From contig JBDRPX010000033.1 in NCBI GenBank assembly GCA_043826565.1, positions 21,268 through 85,267 of the forward strand: a DNA stretch of 64,000 nucleotides, given 5' to 3'. Of this stretch, positions 37,426 to 47,660 are shown in pieces. The notes under the pieces are model-generated. The model did no database searches. It was not told the origin of the DNA and worked only from the letters and a program-made list of their open reading frames with translations. Source of the DNA: Candidatus Omnitrophota bacterium (GTDB lineage: Bacteria > Omnitrophota > Gorgyraeia > B26-G9). A program made the position numbers and the translations under genes. The stretch's first letter is position 1. Every line of letters begins with the position of its first letter.

Positions 37426-38253
37426 ATGAGTAAAAAAAACAAACCGCTGATCAAAGCTTATAATAACCAGGACTTCCTGAACAGCCCGGCAGCACGCAAT
37501 ATCCGGATCCTTTCGGAAATGATCGAACCGGAAAGCCGTTTTCGTAAACACAAGATCCGGGACACTGTGGTTTTCTTTGGATCAGCCCGCACTCTGCCTA
37601 AATCCGAGGCCACAAGGATTGTTAAACAAATAGAACAGGAAATTAGGGCTAAACCTACCCTGCCCCCAGCTTTAAAACAGCGTTATGAACAGGCTAAGCG
37701 GGACTTGATTATGTCCCGTTATTATGAAGAAGCCTCCCTGCTTTCGGAAAAACTAACGCTTTGGTTTAAAAAAATCAGTAATGACAAAAAACAATTTATG
37801 ATATGTTCCGGCGGCGGACCCGGGATAATGCAGGCAGCCAATCAGGGAGCAAAAAAAGCAAAAGGTAAATCCATCGGTTTAAATATCAGTCTGCCCATGG
37901 AACAGTATCCCAATACTTTTCAGACTGAAGAATTATCGTTTGAATTTCATTACTTTTTTATCCGTAAATTCTGGTTCTTTTACCTGGCTAAAGCCCTGGT
38001 AGTTTTCCCCGGCGGGTTCGGGACCATGGATGAATTTTTTGAACTGCTTACACTTATCCAGACCCATAAATCAAAAAAGTTTATGCCGGTGATCCTTTAT
38101 GGTAAAGATTACTGGGACAAAGTTGTTAATTTTGATGAAATGGTAAATTGGGGTATGATCTCTCCGGAGGATCTAAACCTTTTTAAAACATTCGATGATC
38201 CGGATAGCGCTTTTAAACACCTGCAGAAAGAACTCACCCGGCACCATCTATAA
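37426..38253 (+). CDS. LOG-family (TIGR00730-like) nucleotide phosphoribohydrolase
   Basis: VFFGSAR, SGGGPGIM.AAN.GA, FHYFFIRK, PGGFGTMDE. Confidence 0.92.
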   Translation: MSKKNKPLIKAYNNQDFLNSPAARNIRILSEMIEPESRFRKHKIRDTVVFFGSARTLPKSEATRIVKQIEQEIRAKPTLPPALKQRYEQAKRDLIMSRYYEEASLLSEKLTLWFKKISNDKKQFMICSGGGPGIMQAANQGAKKAKGKSIGLNISLPMEQYPNTFQTEELSFEFHYFFIRKFWFFYLAKALVVFPGGFGTMDEFFELLTLIQTHKSKKFMPVILYGKDYWDKVVNFDEMVNWGMISPEDLNLFKTFDDPDSAFKHLQKELTRHHL

Positions 38254-38455
38254 TAATACGGCGTCAATACCTGCTTATTTTTCTTAATTCTTATCACTGT
38301 TAATCCAAATTTTGATCTATATTTTGTGTCCTGAGTCTTGGGTCTTGGGTCTCTTTTTTTGAATACTTGCCCGTCAATAAAAACATGGTATAATAGTTTT
38401 AAGCTTAAAGCTATAAGCTATAAATACTAAAAGTTTTTAAATTCAGGGATGAATA

Positions 38456-40393
38456 ATGTATAACACTAAGCAGCTATATGGTTTTTTTATAATTTTTTTT
38501 GTAATTCTATTTTCTTTTGCTTCATTCCAACCATGCTTAGCAAATGACTTATTACCGGATGATTATCCCGCGCAGCTGCGTTTATGCTCCCGAAACGCTC
38601 TGGACGCTAAAACTCAGTGGTATTATACCGATCTTTTTCTTCCCCTATATACTTGCAGCGGTTCCCGCTTATTCGGAACCCGCGAACTATTATTTTTTCT
38701 AAACCCGAAATTTACGGCTTCCGACCTTTCTACCGATGAGGAAAACTTAGGCCTGGGACTGCGATACCTTTCCAGTGATACAGAATTCGGGAATGGATTT
38801 ATCCTCGGCGTTAATGTTTTTTATGATTCTAAATACAGTTCCAACGGAGTCCGGCACTATCAGACCGGTTACGGCGCGGAACTCCTTACTAAATGGATTG
38901 ACCTTAGAGCCAATTATTATAATCCGGCAACTGATGTGAAAACGGCAATCAGCGATTACCAATTCGCCGGTCAGAGCTTACGGCAGTATTTGAGATTTGA
39001 GGAAGCTGTGCCCGGATATGATATTGAAGCCGGAGTAATGATCCCGTACATTTCTAATTTCCTGGAAACCCGGATATCTATCGCTTCTTATAAGTACACT
39101 TCGACTATTTCCGCGGATGTAAAGGGATCAAAGATACGGCTGGAAATAACCCCTTCTCAATACCTGGCTTTTCAGATTGAAAGCAAAGATGACAAATCGC
39201 GCGGCAGTGATGTATTTATTGAAGGCCGCATAACCATTCCTTTCGGACTGGGCAATGAATCTTATAAAAAACCCCGGCATAAAAGCTGGAAAAACTTTTT
39301 TTTGAATGATGATCGCCCGAGAAAATTAATCGACCGGATGACTGACCCGGTTGTAAGAGACCTGGATATTATTACCGCGGAAAAAGATGAATACCGAAAA
39401 ATCCACGATATTATTTTTGTAAATAACTCTAATGACGCGGATGGATTAGAAGACGGAACATTTGAACATCCGCATAATAATTTATCTGAAGCCTTTACCA
39501 ACCCTAACTACGGTAACGGGATATGGATCTATGTACAAAAAGGAGACGGCACCAGCACCGGATATACCGGCACTTACACCCTTAATGACCAGTCTGTGCT
39601 TTGGGGAGAAGGCTATCGATATCTTGACCTTGGCGGCGGCGGATACCCGATAATCGACGGAGGCGCCGGAGCAAATGTTATTACTCTGGGCAAAGATAAT
39701 AAAGTAATGGGTTTACAGATACAAAACGGCAATAGAGGAATTTACGGAGCAAATTGCGGGACAGTTGAAATTAGAAACAATGTTATAACGACAAACGGCC
39801 TTCCGTTTGGTACGGGGCTGGATTTAGTTTGTAATGCGGGATCAACTGTATCGGCAACTATTGCTAATAACACAATTAACTCTAATACCGGGAATGGCCT
39901 GACCTTAAAAAGTGAAAATTTTAGTTCCTTTACAGCCGTTATAACCAATAACACTTTTAATAATAATACCGCCAGCGGAATATTTTTAACCAGCGGCGGA
40001 GGCGCGGGAACTCCCGGAGACACCAGCACATTAACCTGTACTTTTTTAAATAATTCAATTTCCACTAACAATGCTTCCGGATTAAATATCCAGGGTAATT
40101 GGAGCAGTACTCTTTCCGCTTCATTTTCCCGGAACATATTTTATGATAATAATCTTGATGGCCTGCAAATTGACAGCGGAGTAAACTTCAATCTGGTTAT
40201 GGATTTAGGTAATGGAAGTTTGGGCAGTGCCGGCTATAATTCAATTTATGATAATGGAATCCTGCACATAGATAATAATACCACTTGGGCAATTAGCGCG
40301 GAAAATAACTGGTGGGGACAATTTTCTCCCACAGATACTTATTTTGACGGAACAGTTGATTACACGCCTTATCTAAGCAGTAATCCCAATTAA
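38456..40393 (+). CDS. Inverse-autotransporter-like beta-barrel protein with right-handed beta-helix passenger
   Basis: Signal peptide; NLGLGLRY, GVNVFYD, G.EL, RANYY.P, GYDIEAG, RM..PVVRD.DI (intimin/invasin-type barrel); DGTFEHP; many Asn-rich N..NN beta-helix repeats; AENNWWG. Confidence 0.75.
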   Translation: MYNTKQLYGFFIIFFVILFSFASFQPCLANDLLPDDYPAQLRLCSRNALDAKTQWYYTDLFLPLYTCSGSRLFGTRELLFFLNPKFTASDLSTDEENLGLGLRYLSSDTEFGNGFILGVNVFYDSKYSSNGVRHYQTGYGAELLTKWIDLRANYYNPATDVKTAISDYQFAGQSLRQYLRFEEAVPGYDIEAGVMIPYISNFLETRISIASYKYTSTISADVKGSKIRLEITPSQYLAFQIESKDDKSRGSDVFIEGRITIPFGLGNESYKKPRHKSWKNFFLNDDRPRKLIDRMTDPVVRDLDIITAEKDEYRKIHDIIFVNNSNDADGLEDGTFEHPHNNLSEAFTNPNYGNGIWIYVQKGDGTSTGYTGTYTLNDQSVLWGEGYRYLDLGGGGYPIIDGGAGANVITLGKDNKVMGLQIQNGNRGIYGANCGTVEIRNNVITTNGLPFGTGLDLVCNAGSTVSATIANNTINSNTGNGLTLKSENFSSFTAVITNNTFNNNTASGIFLTSGGGAGTPGDTSTLTCTFLNNSISTNNASGLNIQGNWSSTLSASFSRNIFYDNNLDGLQIDSGVNFNLVMDLGNGSLGSAGYNSIYDNGILHIDNNTTWAISAENNWWGQFSPTDTYFDGTVDYTPYLSSNPN

Positions 40394-41640
40394 TCTTTAA
40401 CTCTCACACTTTCCGGCAAAGGTAATGGGTTTTCCTGAACAATTGTCGGCAGACCGATCTTATCAAGTATAGTTATAAACGGATCCGGATCAAGCTCTTC
40501 GACATTAGCCATGTGCTTAACATCCCAATCACCCCGGGCAATAAGCATTGCTGCGGCAACCGGCGGAACACCCGCGGTATAACAGATCGCCTGAGATTCC
40601 ACTTCTTTATAACATTCGGCATGGTCACAGGTATTATAAATAAAAATCTCTTTGTGCTTACCGTCTTTATTCCCCTTAACATAATTACCGATACAGGTTT
40701 TGCCGGTATAATTCGGCGCTAAAGATAAAGGATCCGGTAATATTGCCTTAATGACTTTTAAAGGCACAACCTCTACTCCTTCAGCAGTCTTAATCGGTTT
40801 TTCCGATGTTAATCCCAGATTAGTTAGTACGGAAAAAACATTGATATAATGATCGCCAAACCCCATCCAGAAACGGATACTATTAGCATCAATATTTTTC
40901 GATAAAGAATGCAGTTCATCGTGTCCGTTTAAATAAACCGGCTGTTTTCCGGCTACGGGAAAATCATAAACCATTTTTATCGCGTGTACCTTTTCCATAA
41001 CCCATTTACGGTCGATCCAGGTCCAGACTTTTTTAAATTCACGAAAATTGATTTCCGGGTCAAAATTAGTCGCAAAATATTTGCCGTGATTACCGGCATT
41101 AACATCCATAATATCGATCGTATCGATATTATCAAAATGATGTTTTACGGCTAAAGCACAATAAGCATTTACTACCCCGGGGTCAAATCCCGCGCCGAGA
41201 ATCGCGGTAATTCCTTTTTCTTTGCATAGATCTAATCTTTTCCATTCATAATTAGCATACCATGGCGGATCTTCGCAAACCTTATCCGGATCTTCATGGA
41301 TAGCTGTATCTATATAAGCAACACCTGTCTCTATACAAGCTTGCAGCAAATTCATATTTACATACGACTGCGCAAGATTAATCACGATTTGAGAATTTGT
41401 TTCCCGGATAAGTTTCTTGGCCGCTTCTAAGTCCAAAGCATTAAGCTGTTTGGAATACAGTTTTTTGGATGTGTCTTTAATGTGATTTTTTCTTTTTACA
41501 CTTTCAATGATCGCGTCACATTTACTTTGGGTTCGGGAAGCAATACAGATATCACCCAAAACATCATTATTTTGCGCGCATTTATGTGCCGCCACGTGGG
41601 CCACCCCTCCGGCTCCGGCAATTAATACATTTTTTTTCAT
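40390..41640 (-). CDS. Carboxy(nor)spermidine dehydrogenase (saccharopine dehydrogenase family)
   Basis: GAGGV..V.AHK, YIDTA, GFDPGV, FATNFDPEIN.RE, HDEL.SL, YTAGVP; adjacent to nspC. Confidence 0.92.
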   Translation of the reverse strand: MKKNVLIAGAGGVAHVAAHKCAQNNDVLGDICIASRTQSKCDAIIESVKRKNHIKDTSKKLYSKQLNALDLEAAKKLIRETNSQIVINLAQSYVNMNLLQACIETGVAYIDTAIHEDPDKVCEDPPWYANYEWKRLDLCKEKGITAILGAGFDPGVVNAYCALAVKHHFDNIDTIDIMDVNAGNHGKYFATNFDPEINFREFKKVWTWIDRKWVMEKVHAIKMVYDFPVAGKQPVYLNGHDELHSLSKNIDANSIRFWMGFGDHYINVFSVLTNLGLTSEKPIKTAEGVEVVPLKVIKAILPDPLSLAPNYTGKTCIGNYVKGNKDGKHKEIFIYNTCDHAECYKEVESQAICYTAGVPPVAAAMLIARGDWDVKHMANVEELDPDPFITILDKIGLPTIVQENPLPLPESVRVKD

Positions 41641-41684
41641 AATCTTAACCCTCTCATTAACATTATCACATTTATTTCTATTTC

Positions 41685-41709
41685 GGGCGGAGGCAAGCCC
41701 CGCCCCTAC
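41685..41709 (-). repeat. GTAG-type REP overlapping the nspC stop
   Basis: Plus strand GGGCGG..CCGCCC-CTAC; the TAG of GTAG is the nspC stop codon. Confidence 0.7.
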
Positions 41710-42800
41710 AGGTTGTTAATAAAATCCTTATATGCAAACTGACGAATCAGATCGATTCTTCCGTTAAGCCGTTTTACGGCAATTGCCGGCATTTTCAATC
41801 CGTTAAACCAATTTTTTTTAACCATGGTATATCCGGCCGCATCCGGGAATTTAATTATACTGCCTACTTTTAAGCGTGACGAAAATTTAAAGGTACCAAA
41901 CACATCACCCGCCAGGCATGACCGCCCGGCAACTATATATTCATAACGGCCGGTGTTTTTTATTTTAGCATTTTCCCGGTAAACCAGCAAATCCAGCATA
42001 TGCGCTTCATTAGAAGCATCAACTATCGCGATATCCGCTTTATTCCGCACAATGTCCAGGACACTAGTAAACAACTCCGCTGATTGGGTAATCGCGCTTT
42101 CTCCGGGTTCTAAATAAACCTGAACTTTAAAATGATCACTGAATTCTTTCAGCTTTTTACAAAATTTAGCTATCGGATATCCCGGTTTTGTAAAAGAAAG
42201 GCCTCCGCCCAAACTAACCCACTCTAAGGCTTTTAAAATTTTCGCGTACTTATTGCTTATATGGTCAAGATTTGCACAAAAATTATTAAAATCATCATTT
42301 TCACAATTAAAATGAAACATACCACCAGTAATCAAAGGAAGCACTTTTAATAATGATTTTTTATCTACCACTCCCAACCGGGAATATTTGCGTGCCGGGT
42401 CTGCCAGATCAAAATGAGAATAGCTGATCCCGGGATTTATCCTTAAGCCTATGTTTGCGCCTTTAACAAGCAGCGCGAACATCTTAAGCTGAGAAACAGA
42501 ATTGAAAATGATCTTATCGCTAAACCGCCGGACTTCTTTTATATCTTCCTTAGAATAGGCTACAGAGTAGGCATGCACTTCTTTTCCGAATTTTTCATAT
42601 CCCAGACGCGCTTCATAAGGAGAACTGGAGGTTGTTCCGTCTAAGTACTGCCTCATCAGGGCAAAGACGCTCCAGGCGGAAAAACATTTAAGCGCTAAAA
42701 CAGATTTTGCCCCGGACTTATCCCTGACGCGTTTAATGATTTTCAGGTTTCTTAATAATTTCCGTTCATCAATTAAATAATACGGCGTTTTTAATTTCAA
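41706..42800 (-). CDS. nspC: Carboxy(nor)spermidine decarboxylase
   Basis: TPYYLIDE, LALKCF, GLRINPG, SRLG, HFNCE, LGGG, LEPGE, SCLAGD.FG, YTMVK.NWFNG. Confidence 0.94.
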   Translation of the reverse strand: MKLKTPYYLIDERKLLRNLKIIKRVRDKSGAKSVLALKCFSAWSVFALMRQYLDGTTSSSPYEARLGYEKFGKEVHAYSVAYSKEDIKEVRRFSDKIIFNSVSQLKMFALLVKGANIGLRINPGISYSHFDLADPARKYSRLGVVDKKSLLKVLPLITGGMFHFNCENDDFNNFCANLDHISNKYAKILKALEWVSLGGGLSFTKPGYPIAKFCKKLKEFSDHFKVQVYLEPGESAITQSAELFTSVLDIVRNKADIAIVDASNEAHMLDLLVYRENAKIKNTGRYEYIVAGRSCLAGDVFGTFKFSSRLKVGSIIKFPDAAGYTMVKKNWFNGLKMPAIAVKRLNGRIDLIRQFAYKDFINNL

Positions 42801-42846
42801 TGTTTTATACCCTTAATTAAAATCGGAGTGATCTTATCGAAAAAAC

Positions 42847-42884
42847 ATAACAAAACAGCAGAATACATCCTGCTGTTTTGTTAT
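42847..42884. terminator. 15-bp perfect hairpin between the speD-like gene and nspC
   Basis: ATAACAAAACAGCAG-N8-CTGCTGTTTTGTTAT; followed by GTTTTT on the minus strand. Confidence 0.65.
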
Positions 42885-42909
42885 TATTCAAGTTTAAACT
42901 TGTCTGTTT

Positions 42910-43278
42910 TTAACGAACAAGGAAGCGGGTTTTTACTCTTTTGGCCTTAAAAAATTCTTTGGTAAATTTTTTGGCCAGTTCCTGATCATATTCCTTGCAC
43001 GAAAAAATGTTGAGATATGCAGTTCCCCAGTAGTCGGAAAAATGCCCGGTGATAGAGCTTGTTTCGATCAGCTGTACCAGAGAATAACCTTTTGTGAATT
43101 CTTCCTTTTCGCCGAAATAAGGAAGTAAAGTTTTGCCGTACTGCTTCATCTCGATCAGTTTGCAAAGCTTATCAACATATTCCTTAAGTTTCTTTTTGGA
43201 AGTAATCACATCCGCATCACACTCGAACAAGTCCATTACAAGCTCATATCCAAAAATCTTTTTTCCTTTTTTCTTCAT
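42910..43278 (-). CDS. S-adenosylmethionine decarboxylase-family pyruvoyl proenzyme (divergent)
   Basis: G.EL.MDL..CD, GYSLVQLIETSSITGHF, YLNIFSCK. Confidence 0.85.
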   Translation of the reverse strand: MKKKGKKIFGYELVMDLFECDADVITSKKKLKEYVDKLCKLIEMKQYGKTLLPYFGEKEEFTKGYSLVQLIETSSITGHFSDYWGTAYLNIFSCKEYDQELAKKFTKEFFKAKRVKTRFLVR

Positions 43279-43288
43279 TCCTTTATCC

Positions 43289-43630
43289 TTACCTAGTTAA
43301 AGATGGACGCATCATCGAAGCAAATCCTGGGTTAATGTAATGTGTTTTCAACTTTACCGCTTCACACTTTAAATTCAGTGTTTTAAACGATATATCAAAC
43401 AGGGTCAATCCTCTGGCCCCGGTTAATAAGGTAAAAAATTCCCCGACATAAACGGGTGTAACCGCTCTCTGCGGAATTACTTTCGAAACGATATTTTTAA
43501 AAGGATTGGATATTAAGAAGCTTCTTATCGGAAAGAAAAAAAAGTTGTCCAGAAAACCCCGAAGGCGGGATTTCCTTATATGCGTAAGTCCTTTACTAAA
43601 CCAAAATTCTTTTTCCTGATTCTTGTTCAT
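43289..43630 (-). CDS. Hypothetical 113-aa ORF upstream of the speD-like gene (possible leader)
   Basis: Open frame of 113 codons in AT-rich DNA ending 10 nt before the speD-like ATG; no recognised domain. Confidence 0.4.
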   Translation of the reverse strand: MNKNQEKEFWFSKGLTHIRKSRLRGFLDNFFFFPIRSFLISNPFKNIVSKVIPQRAVTPVYVGEFFTLLTGARGLTLFDISFKTLNLKCEAVKLKTHYINPGFASMMRPSLTR

Positions 43631-43882
43631 TTCTTGTTTTCGAATATCCCTTCTTTCAGCAATTGTTAAAAAAATTAGTTGCTGACTATATTAAAGCAAA
43701 AATAGAAAAAAATGCAAGAAAAAAAATAACTTTTTTTTCCGGCGGGTAAACCCCTTTAAAAAATTAGTTCAAGGAGCAAATTATACATTAGGTGTTTTTA
43801 AAAATCAATGCTTTTTTTCAAATTATTTTTTAGGTTGAATATCTCAATGTTTTGGATATAATAATATGGGAATTGAAATTCT

Positions 43883-43908
43883 GTAGGGGCGGATCTCTGT
43901 ATCCGCCC
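43883..43908 (+). repeat. GTAG-type REP
   Basis: GTAG-GGGCGGAT-CTCTGT-ATCCGCCC. Confidence 0.75.
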
Positions 43909-43972
43909 GATGATATAACAATATAATAATATAATAATATAATAATAAAACAACATTTACCGGAGGAAAATA

Positions 43973-44728
43973 ATGTCAAATATCAAAGTCGTTTTATTAC
44001 GCCACGGCGAAAGTGTTTGGAATAAGGAAAATAAATTTACCGGCTGGACTGACGTGGATCTTTCAGAAAAAGGATTAGAAGAAGCTAAAACCGCCGGAGT
44101 TGTCTTAAAAAAAGAAGGATATACTTTTGATATTGCCTTCACATCCGTACTTAAACGAGCCATTAGAACACTCTGGATAACCTTAGACGGTCTTGATTTA
44201 ATGTGGATACCGGTATATCGCAACTGGAGACTTAATGAAAGACACTACGGAGCATTACAAGGTCTTAATAAAGCAGAAACCGCGGCAAAATACGGCGATG
44301 AGCAAGTTTTGGTCTGGAGAAGAAGCTATGATATTCCGCCGAAAGCTTTGGGAAAATCCGATGAACGTTACCCGGGAAATGATCCGCGCTATCAAGATAT
44401 GGATGAGAAAGATATCCCTTTAACTGAATGCTTAAAAGATACTGTCGCCAGGTTTCTTCCCTATTGGCACCAAACTATTGCTCCGGCAATCAAATCCGGG
44501 AAAAAAGTCCTGATTGCCGCGCATGGGAACAGCTTAAGAGCTTTGGTAAAATATCTGGATAATATTTCTGATGATGAAATTGTTAGCTTGAACATCCCGA
44601 CCGGAGTACCGTTGGTATATGAACTTGACGAAGATCTCAAACCGATCAAGCATTATTACCTCGGAGATCAGGAAGCGATTCAGAAAGCCATGGCCGCAGT
44701 CGCGAATCAGGGAAAAGCAAAAGGTTAA
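43973..44728 (+). CDS. gpmA: 2,3-bisphosphoglycerate-dependent phosphoglycerate mutase
   Basis: [40 protein letters not shown]. Confidence 0.97.
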   Translation: MSNIKVVLLRHGESVWNKENKFTGWTDVDLSEKGLEEAKTAGVVLKKEGYTFDIAFTSVLKRAIRTLWITLDGLDLMWIPVYRNWRLNERHYGALQGLNKAETAAKYGDEQVLVWRRSYDIPPKALGKSDERYPGNDPRYQDMDEKDIPLTECLKDTVARFLPYWHQTIAPAIKSGKKVLIAAHGNSLRALVKYLDNISDDEIVSLNIPTGVPLVYELDEDLKPIKHYYLGDQEAIQKAMAAVANQGKAKG

Positions 44729-45780
44729 CAAATACGCGGAAGCTGCTCTCCGGAGAGCATATCTACAAATCGGCTGGTGCCGATTGAGGTTTTTATGGTT
44801 ACCTGTCCGGGATTTTGTTTATTAACCCGTCCGATAATAGCAGCTTGGTTACCAATCTCATGAGCTTTAATGGTTTTAACTGCAGCTTGAGCATATTTTT
44901 CCGGGACAATGCAAATGAATCTTCCCTCATTAGCTACATATAACGGATCAAGGCCCAGTAACTCGCAAGCTCCTCTTACATCTTCATGCACCGGGATATT
45001 TTCTTCTTCTAAATTAATCTGAACATTTGCTGCCTGAGCAATCTCCACAACCGCACTGGCTAAGCCGCCGCGCGTAAGATCCCGCATACAATGCACCAAA
45101 ACCCCTGAATCTATTAAATCAGCAACCAGTTTATTCACCGGTGCTGAATCACTGGTGATCGTTGATTCAAACTGCAGTCCTTCCCGTACCGCCATAATCG
45201 CCATACCGTGTCTGGCAATATCTCCGCTTAAAACAATCACATCTTGATCTTCGACCGATGACGGAGCAATTGTCAAATTATGCTCAATAATACCAATCCC
45301 GGCGGTATTAATAAAAATCCCGTCACCTTTACCTCGATTAACCACTTTTGTATCTCCGGTAACAATCTGTACTCCGCACTCCTGCGCCGCTTTCGTCATA
45401 GAAGAGACAATCTTCCAAAGCATATCCATGGACAAGCCTTCTTCTAAAATAAACCCGGCGGTTAAATAAAGCGGCTTTGCCCCGCACATGCAAAGATCAT
45501 TAACCGTACCATGCACAGCCAAAGAACCGATATCGCCGCCGGGGAAAAACAAAGGATGCACAACATAAGAATCCGTAGACACAGCCATTCGTCTATTTCC
45601 AAACTGCAAAACCGCTCCGTCATGTCTTTGATCAAGCGCCGGATTATTAAAAGCCGTAACAAACATTTTTTCGATCAGCTGGTTCATGAGAATTCCGCCG
45701 GAACCATGCGCCAGCAAAATATTGGGATAATCGGATTTTGGGGTCGGGCACGTGAATATGTTGTCTTTTTTGTTGTTCAT
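44725..45780 (-). CDS. hypE: Hydrogenase maturation protein HypE
   Basis: [38 protein letters not shown]-terminal LPRIC. Confidence 0.97.
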   Translation of the reverse strand: MNNKKDNIFTCPTPKSDYPNILLAHGSGGILMNQLIEKMFVTAFNNPALDQRHDGAVLQFGNRRMAVSTDSYVVHPLFFPGGDIGSLAVHGTVNDLCMCGAKPLYLTAGFILEEGLSMDMLWKIVSSMTKAAQECGVQIVTGDTKVVNRGKGDGIFINTAGIGIIEHNLTIAPSSVEDQDVIVLSGDIARHGMAIMAVREGLQFESTITSDSAPVNKLVADLIDSGVLVHCMRDLTRGGLASAVVEIAQAANVQINLEEENIPVHEDVRGACELLGLDPLYVANEGRFICIVPEKYAQAAVKTIKAHEIGNQAAIIGRVNKQNPGQVTIKTSIGTSRFVDMLSGEQLPRIC

Positions 45781-45804
45781 AGAAATCTCTTTTTATAAAA
45801 ATTC

Positions 45805-45874
45805 AGTTTCAAGTTGCATGTCACAAGTATCATGTCTAAAAAAACTTTCAACCTGATACCTGAAACATGTGACT
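45805..45874. repeat. AGTTTCA-type heptamer arrays (local inverted pair)
   Basis: AGTTTCA AGTTGCA TGTCACA AGTATCA then ACCTGAT ACCTGAA ACATGTG. Confidence 0.6.
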
Positions 45875-46967
45875 ACTTATTATTATGTTTTCTATATCTA
45901 TAATATGCCGCGCAAGCGCCTTCGGTCGAGACCATGGGCGCGCCTAAGGGATGTTCCGGGGTACATTTTTTCCTGAATTCAGAACATTCCTCCGGAGATT
46001 TAACTCCTTGTAATACCAGCCCGGCAATACACTCCGCGGGCTCTGTTACAGAAAGGCCTTCAAGATTAAATATTTTCTCAGCATCATAATCTGTGTATTC
46101 ATCCGCTAAAGCTAATCCGCTTTGTGGAATTTCACCGATGCCTCTCCATTTATTATCCACAACCTTAAATACTTTTTTCATAATTTCCTGCGCCGGGATA
46201 TTGCCTTCTCTTTTTACTACCCGGGCATATTCATTTACGATTTTACATTTGCCTTCTTCAAGCTGTTTAACACATAAATATATTCCTTCCAAGATATCCA
46301 GCGGTTCAAAACCGGTAACAACTATAGGAATCTTATATTTTTCCGCGATAGCTTCATATTGTTTATATCCCATAACCGTGCAAACATGTCCGGCCGCGAG
46401 AAATCCCTGAACTTTATTCGTTGCCGAAGAAAGAATTACTTCCATTGCCGGCGGCACAAGTACGTGAGAAACAAGCATCGAAAAATTATTCACACCCTGC
46501 TTTTTAGCCTGATATACCGCCATGGCATTTGCCGGAGCAGTGGTTTCAAAACCTATGGCAAAGAAAACAACTTTTTTATCCGGATTTTTTCTGGCAATTT
46601 CCAAAGCATCCATGGGGGAATAGACAATGCGCACATCCCCGCCTTGGGATTTGACAGTTAAAAGGTCTTTTTCCGACCCGGGAACTCTGACCATATCCCC
46701 AAACGAACAAAAGATAACATCATCCCGGCCGGCAATAATAACCGCGCGGTCTATGGCCTCAAGCGGAGTAACACATACCGGACATCCCGGCCCATGCACA
46801 AGGCTTATCTTATTCGGTAAAAGCTCATCCAGCCCGAATTTCACGATCGCATGCGTCTGCCCGCCGCAAATCTCCATTATTGTCCAAGACTTAGTTGTAA
46901 TCTTAGCAATTGCCGCAGTTATTTTTTTTACTTCTTCGGCATGACGATATTCATCTATGTACTTCAT
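45873..46967 (-). CDS. hypD: Hydrogenase maturation protein HypD
   Basis: [40 protein letters not shown]. Confidence 0.97.
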   Translation of the reverse strand: MKYIDEYRHAEEVKKITAAIAKITTKSWTIMEICGGQTHAIVKFGLDELLPNKISLVHGPGCPVCVTPLEAIDRAVIIAGRDDVIFCSFGDMVRVPGSEKDLLTVKSQGGDVRIVYSPMDALEIARKNPDKKVVFFAIGFETTAPANAMAVYQAKKQGVNNFSMLVSHVLVPPAMEVILSSATNKVQGFLAAGHVCTVMGYKQYEAIAEKYKIPIVVTGFEPLDILEGIYLCVKQLEEGKCKIVNEYARVVKREGNIPAQEIMKKVFKVVDNKWRGIGEIPQSGLALADEYTDYDAEKIFNLEGLSVTEPAECIAGLVLQGVKSPEECSEFRKKCTPEHPLGAPMVSTEGACAAYYRYRKHNNK

Positions 46968-47003
46968 ACTTATCCCGCCTCAAGCATCTAGTATCTTCTA
47001 TTT

Positions 47004-47096
47004 AGTTACCAGTTACCAGTTACCAGTTACCAGTTACCAGTTACCAGTTACCAGTTACCAGTTACCAGTTACCAGTTACCAGTTACCAGTTACCAG
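47004..47096. repeat. Perfect tandem repeat (AGTTACC)13
   Basis: 13 perfect 7-bp units plus AG, counted directly; intergenic between hypC and hypD. Confidence 0.97.
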
Positions 47097-47189
47097 AAAA
47101 AAACCCAAAACCCCTCGCTTTTCTGCCTACTACATACTTCTTACTACTTGCTTTTTTGGGTCTTTTATCATTTTGATATTTTATATTTT

Positions 47190-47220
47190 ACTTGCGACTT
47201 GTGACTTGAAACTTGGAACT
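47190..47220. repeat. ACTTGNN heptamer array
   Basis: ACTTGCG ACTTGTG ACTTGAA ACTTGGA; 25/31 inverse match to 45805-45835. Confidence 0.7.
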
Positions 47221-47224
47221 ATTA

Positions 47225-47485
47225 TTACCTCATCGCCTCTAGATCCAGGTCCTGGCCCTCTTCTGTATTTTTAAGAAGCTCAAATATTTTATTCGCTTCT
47301 TCTTCATCTAAAGTATTTAAAGCAAACCCCACATGCACAATTACATAATCGCCTACTTTTGCCTCCGGAACATACGCCAGGCTTACCTCCTGTACTACCC
47401 CGCTAAAACTGACCTTTCCGGTCTTAAGCAGCGGATCATTATTTTCATTTATACTGATAATCTTTCCCGGCACGGCTAAACACAT
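47225..47485 (-). CDS. hypC: Hydrogenase assembly chaperone HypC
   Basis: MCLAVPGKI, VGDYVIVHVGFA; start placed at MC (47485). Confidence 0.96.
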   Translation of the reverse strand: MCLAVPGKIISINENNDPLLKTGKVSFSGVVQEVSLAYVPEAKVGDYVIVHVGFALNTLDEEEANKIFELLKNTEEGQDLDLEAMR

Positions 47486-47504
47486 ATTAAACCTCATCTT
47501 TTTT

Positions 47505-47645
47505 AAATCAAAACTCAAAAATCAAAATGCAAAAATTTAATTCAAAAATAAAAAGTTTATAAACAAATAGTATTTTTTTAAAAATAATTATTAACCTTTG
47601 AATTTTTACTTGTATTTTTGACTTTTGCCCTTTGATTTTTGAATT
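47505..47645. repeat. Inverted TCAAAA-heptamer arms (about 53 nt each) around a short spacer
   Basis: 47505-47557 aligns without gaps to the reverse complement of 47593-47645 (imperfect match). Confidence 0.75.
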
Positions 47646-47660
47646 ATATTACGCATTATA

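Noticed and set aside
43914-43950. (ATATAATA)n run upstream of gpmA
   Set aside because: Short low-complexity AT tract with no partner or further structure.
46957-47274. 105-aa ORF with (LPVTSYQ)n
   Set aside because: Read-through of the AGTTACC tandem repeat, antisense to the hyp operon.
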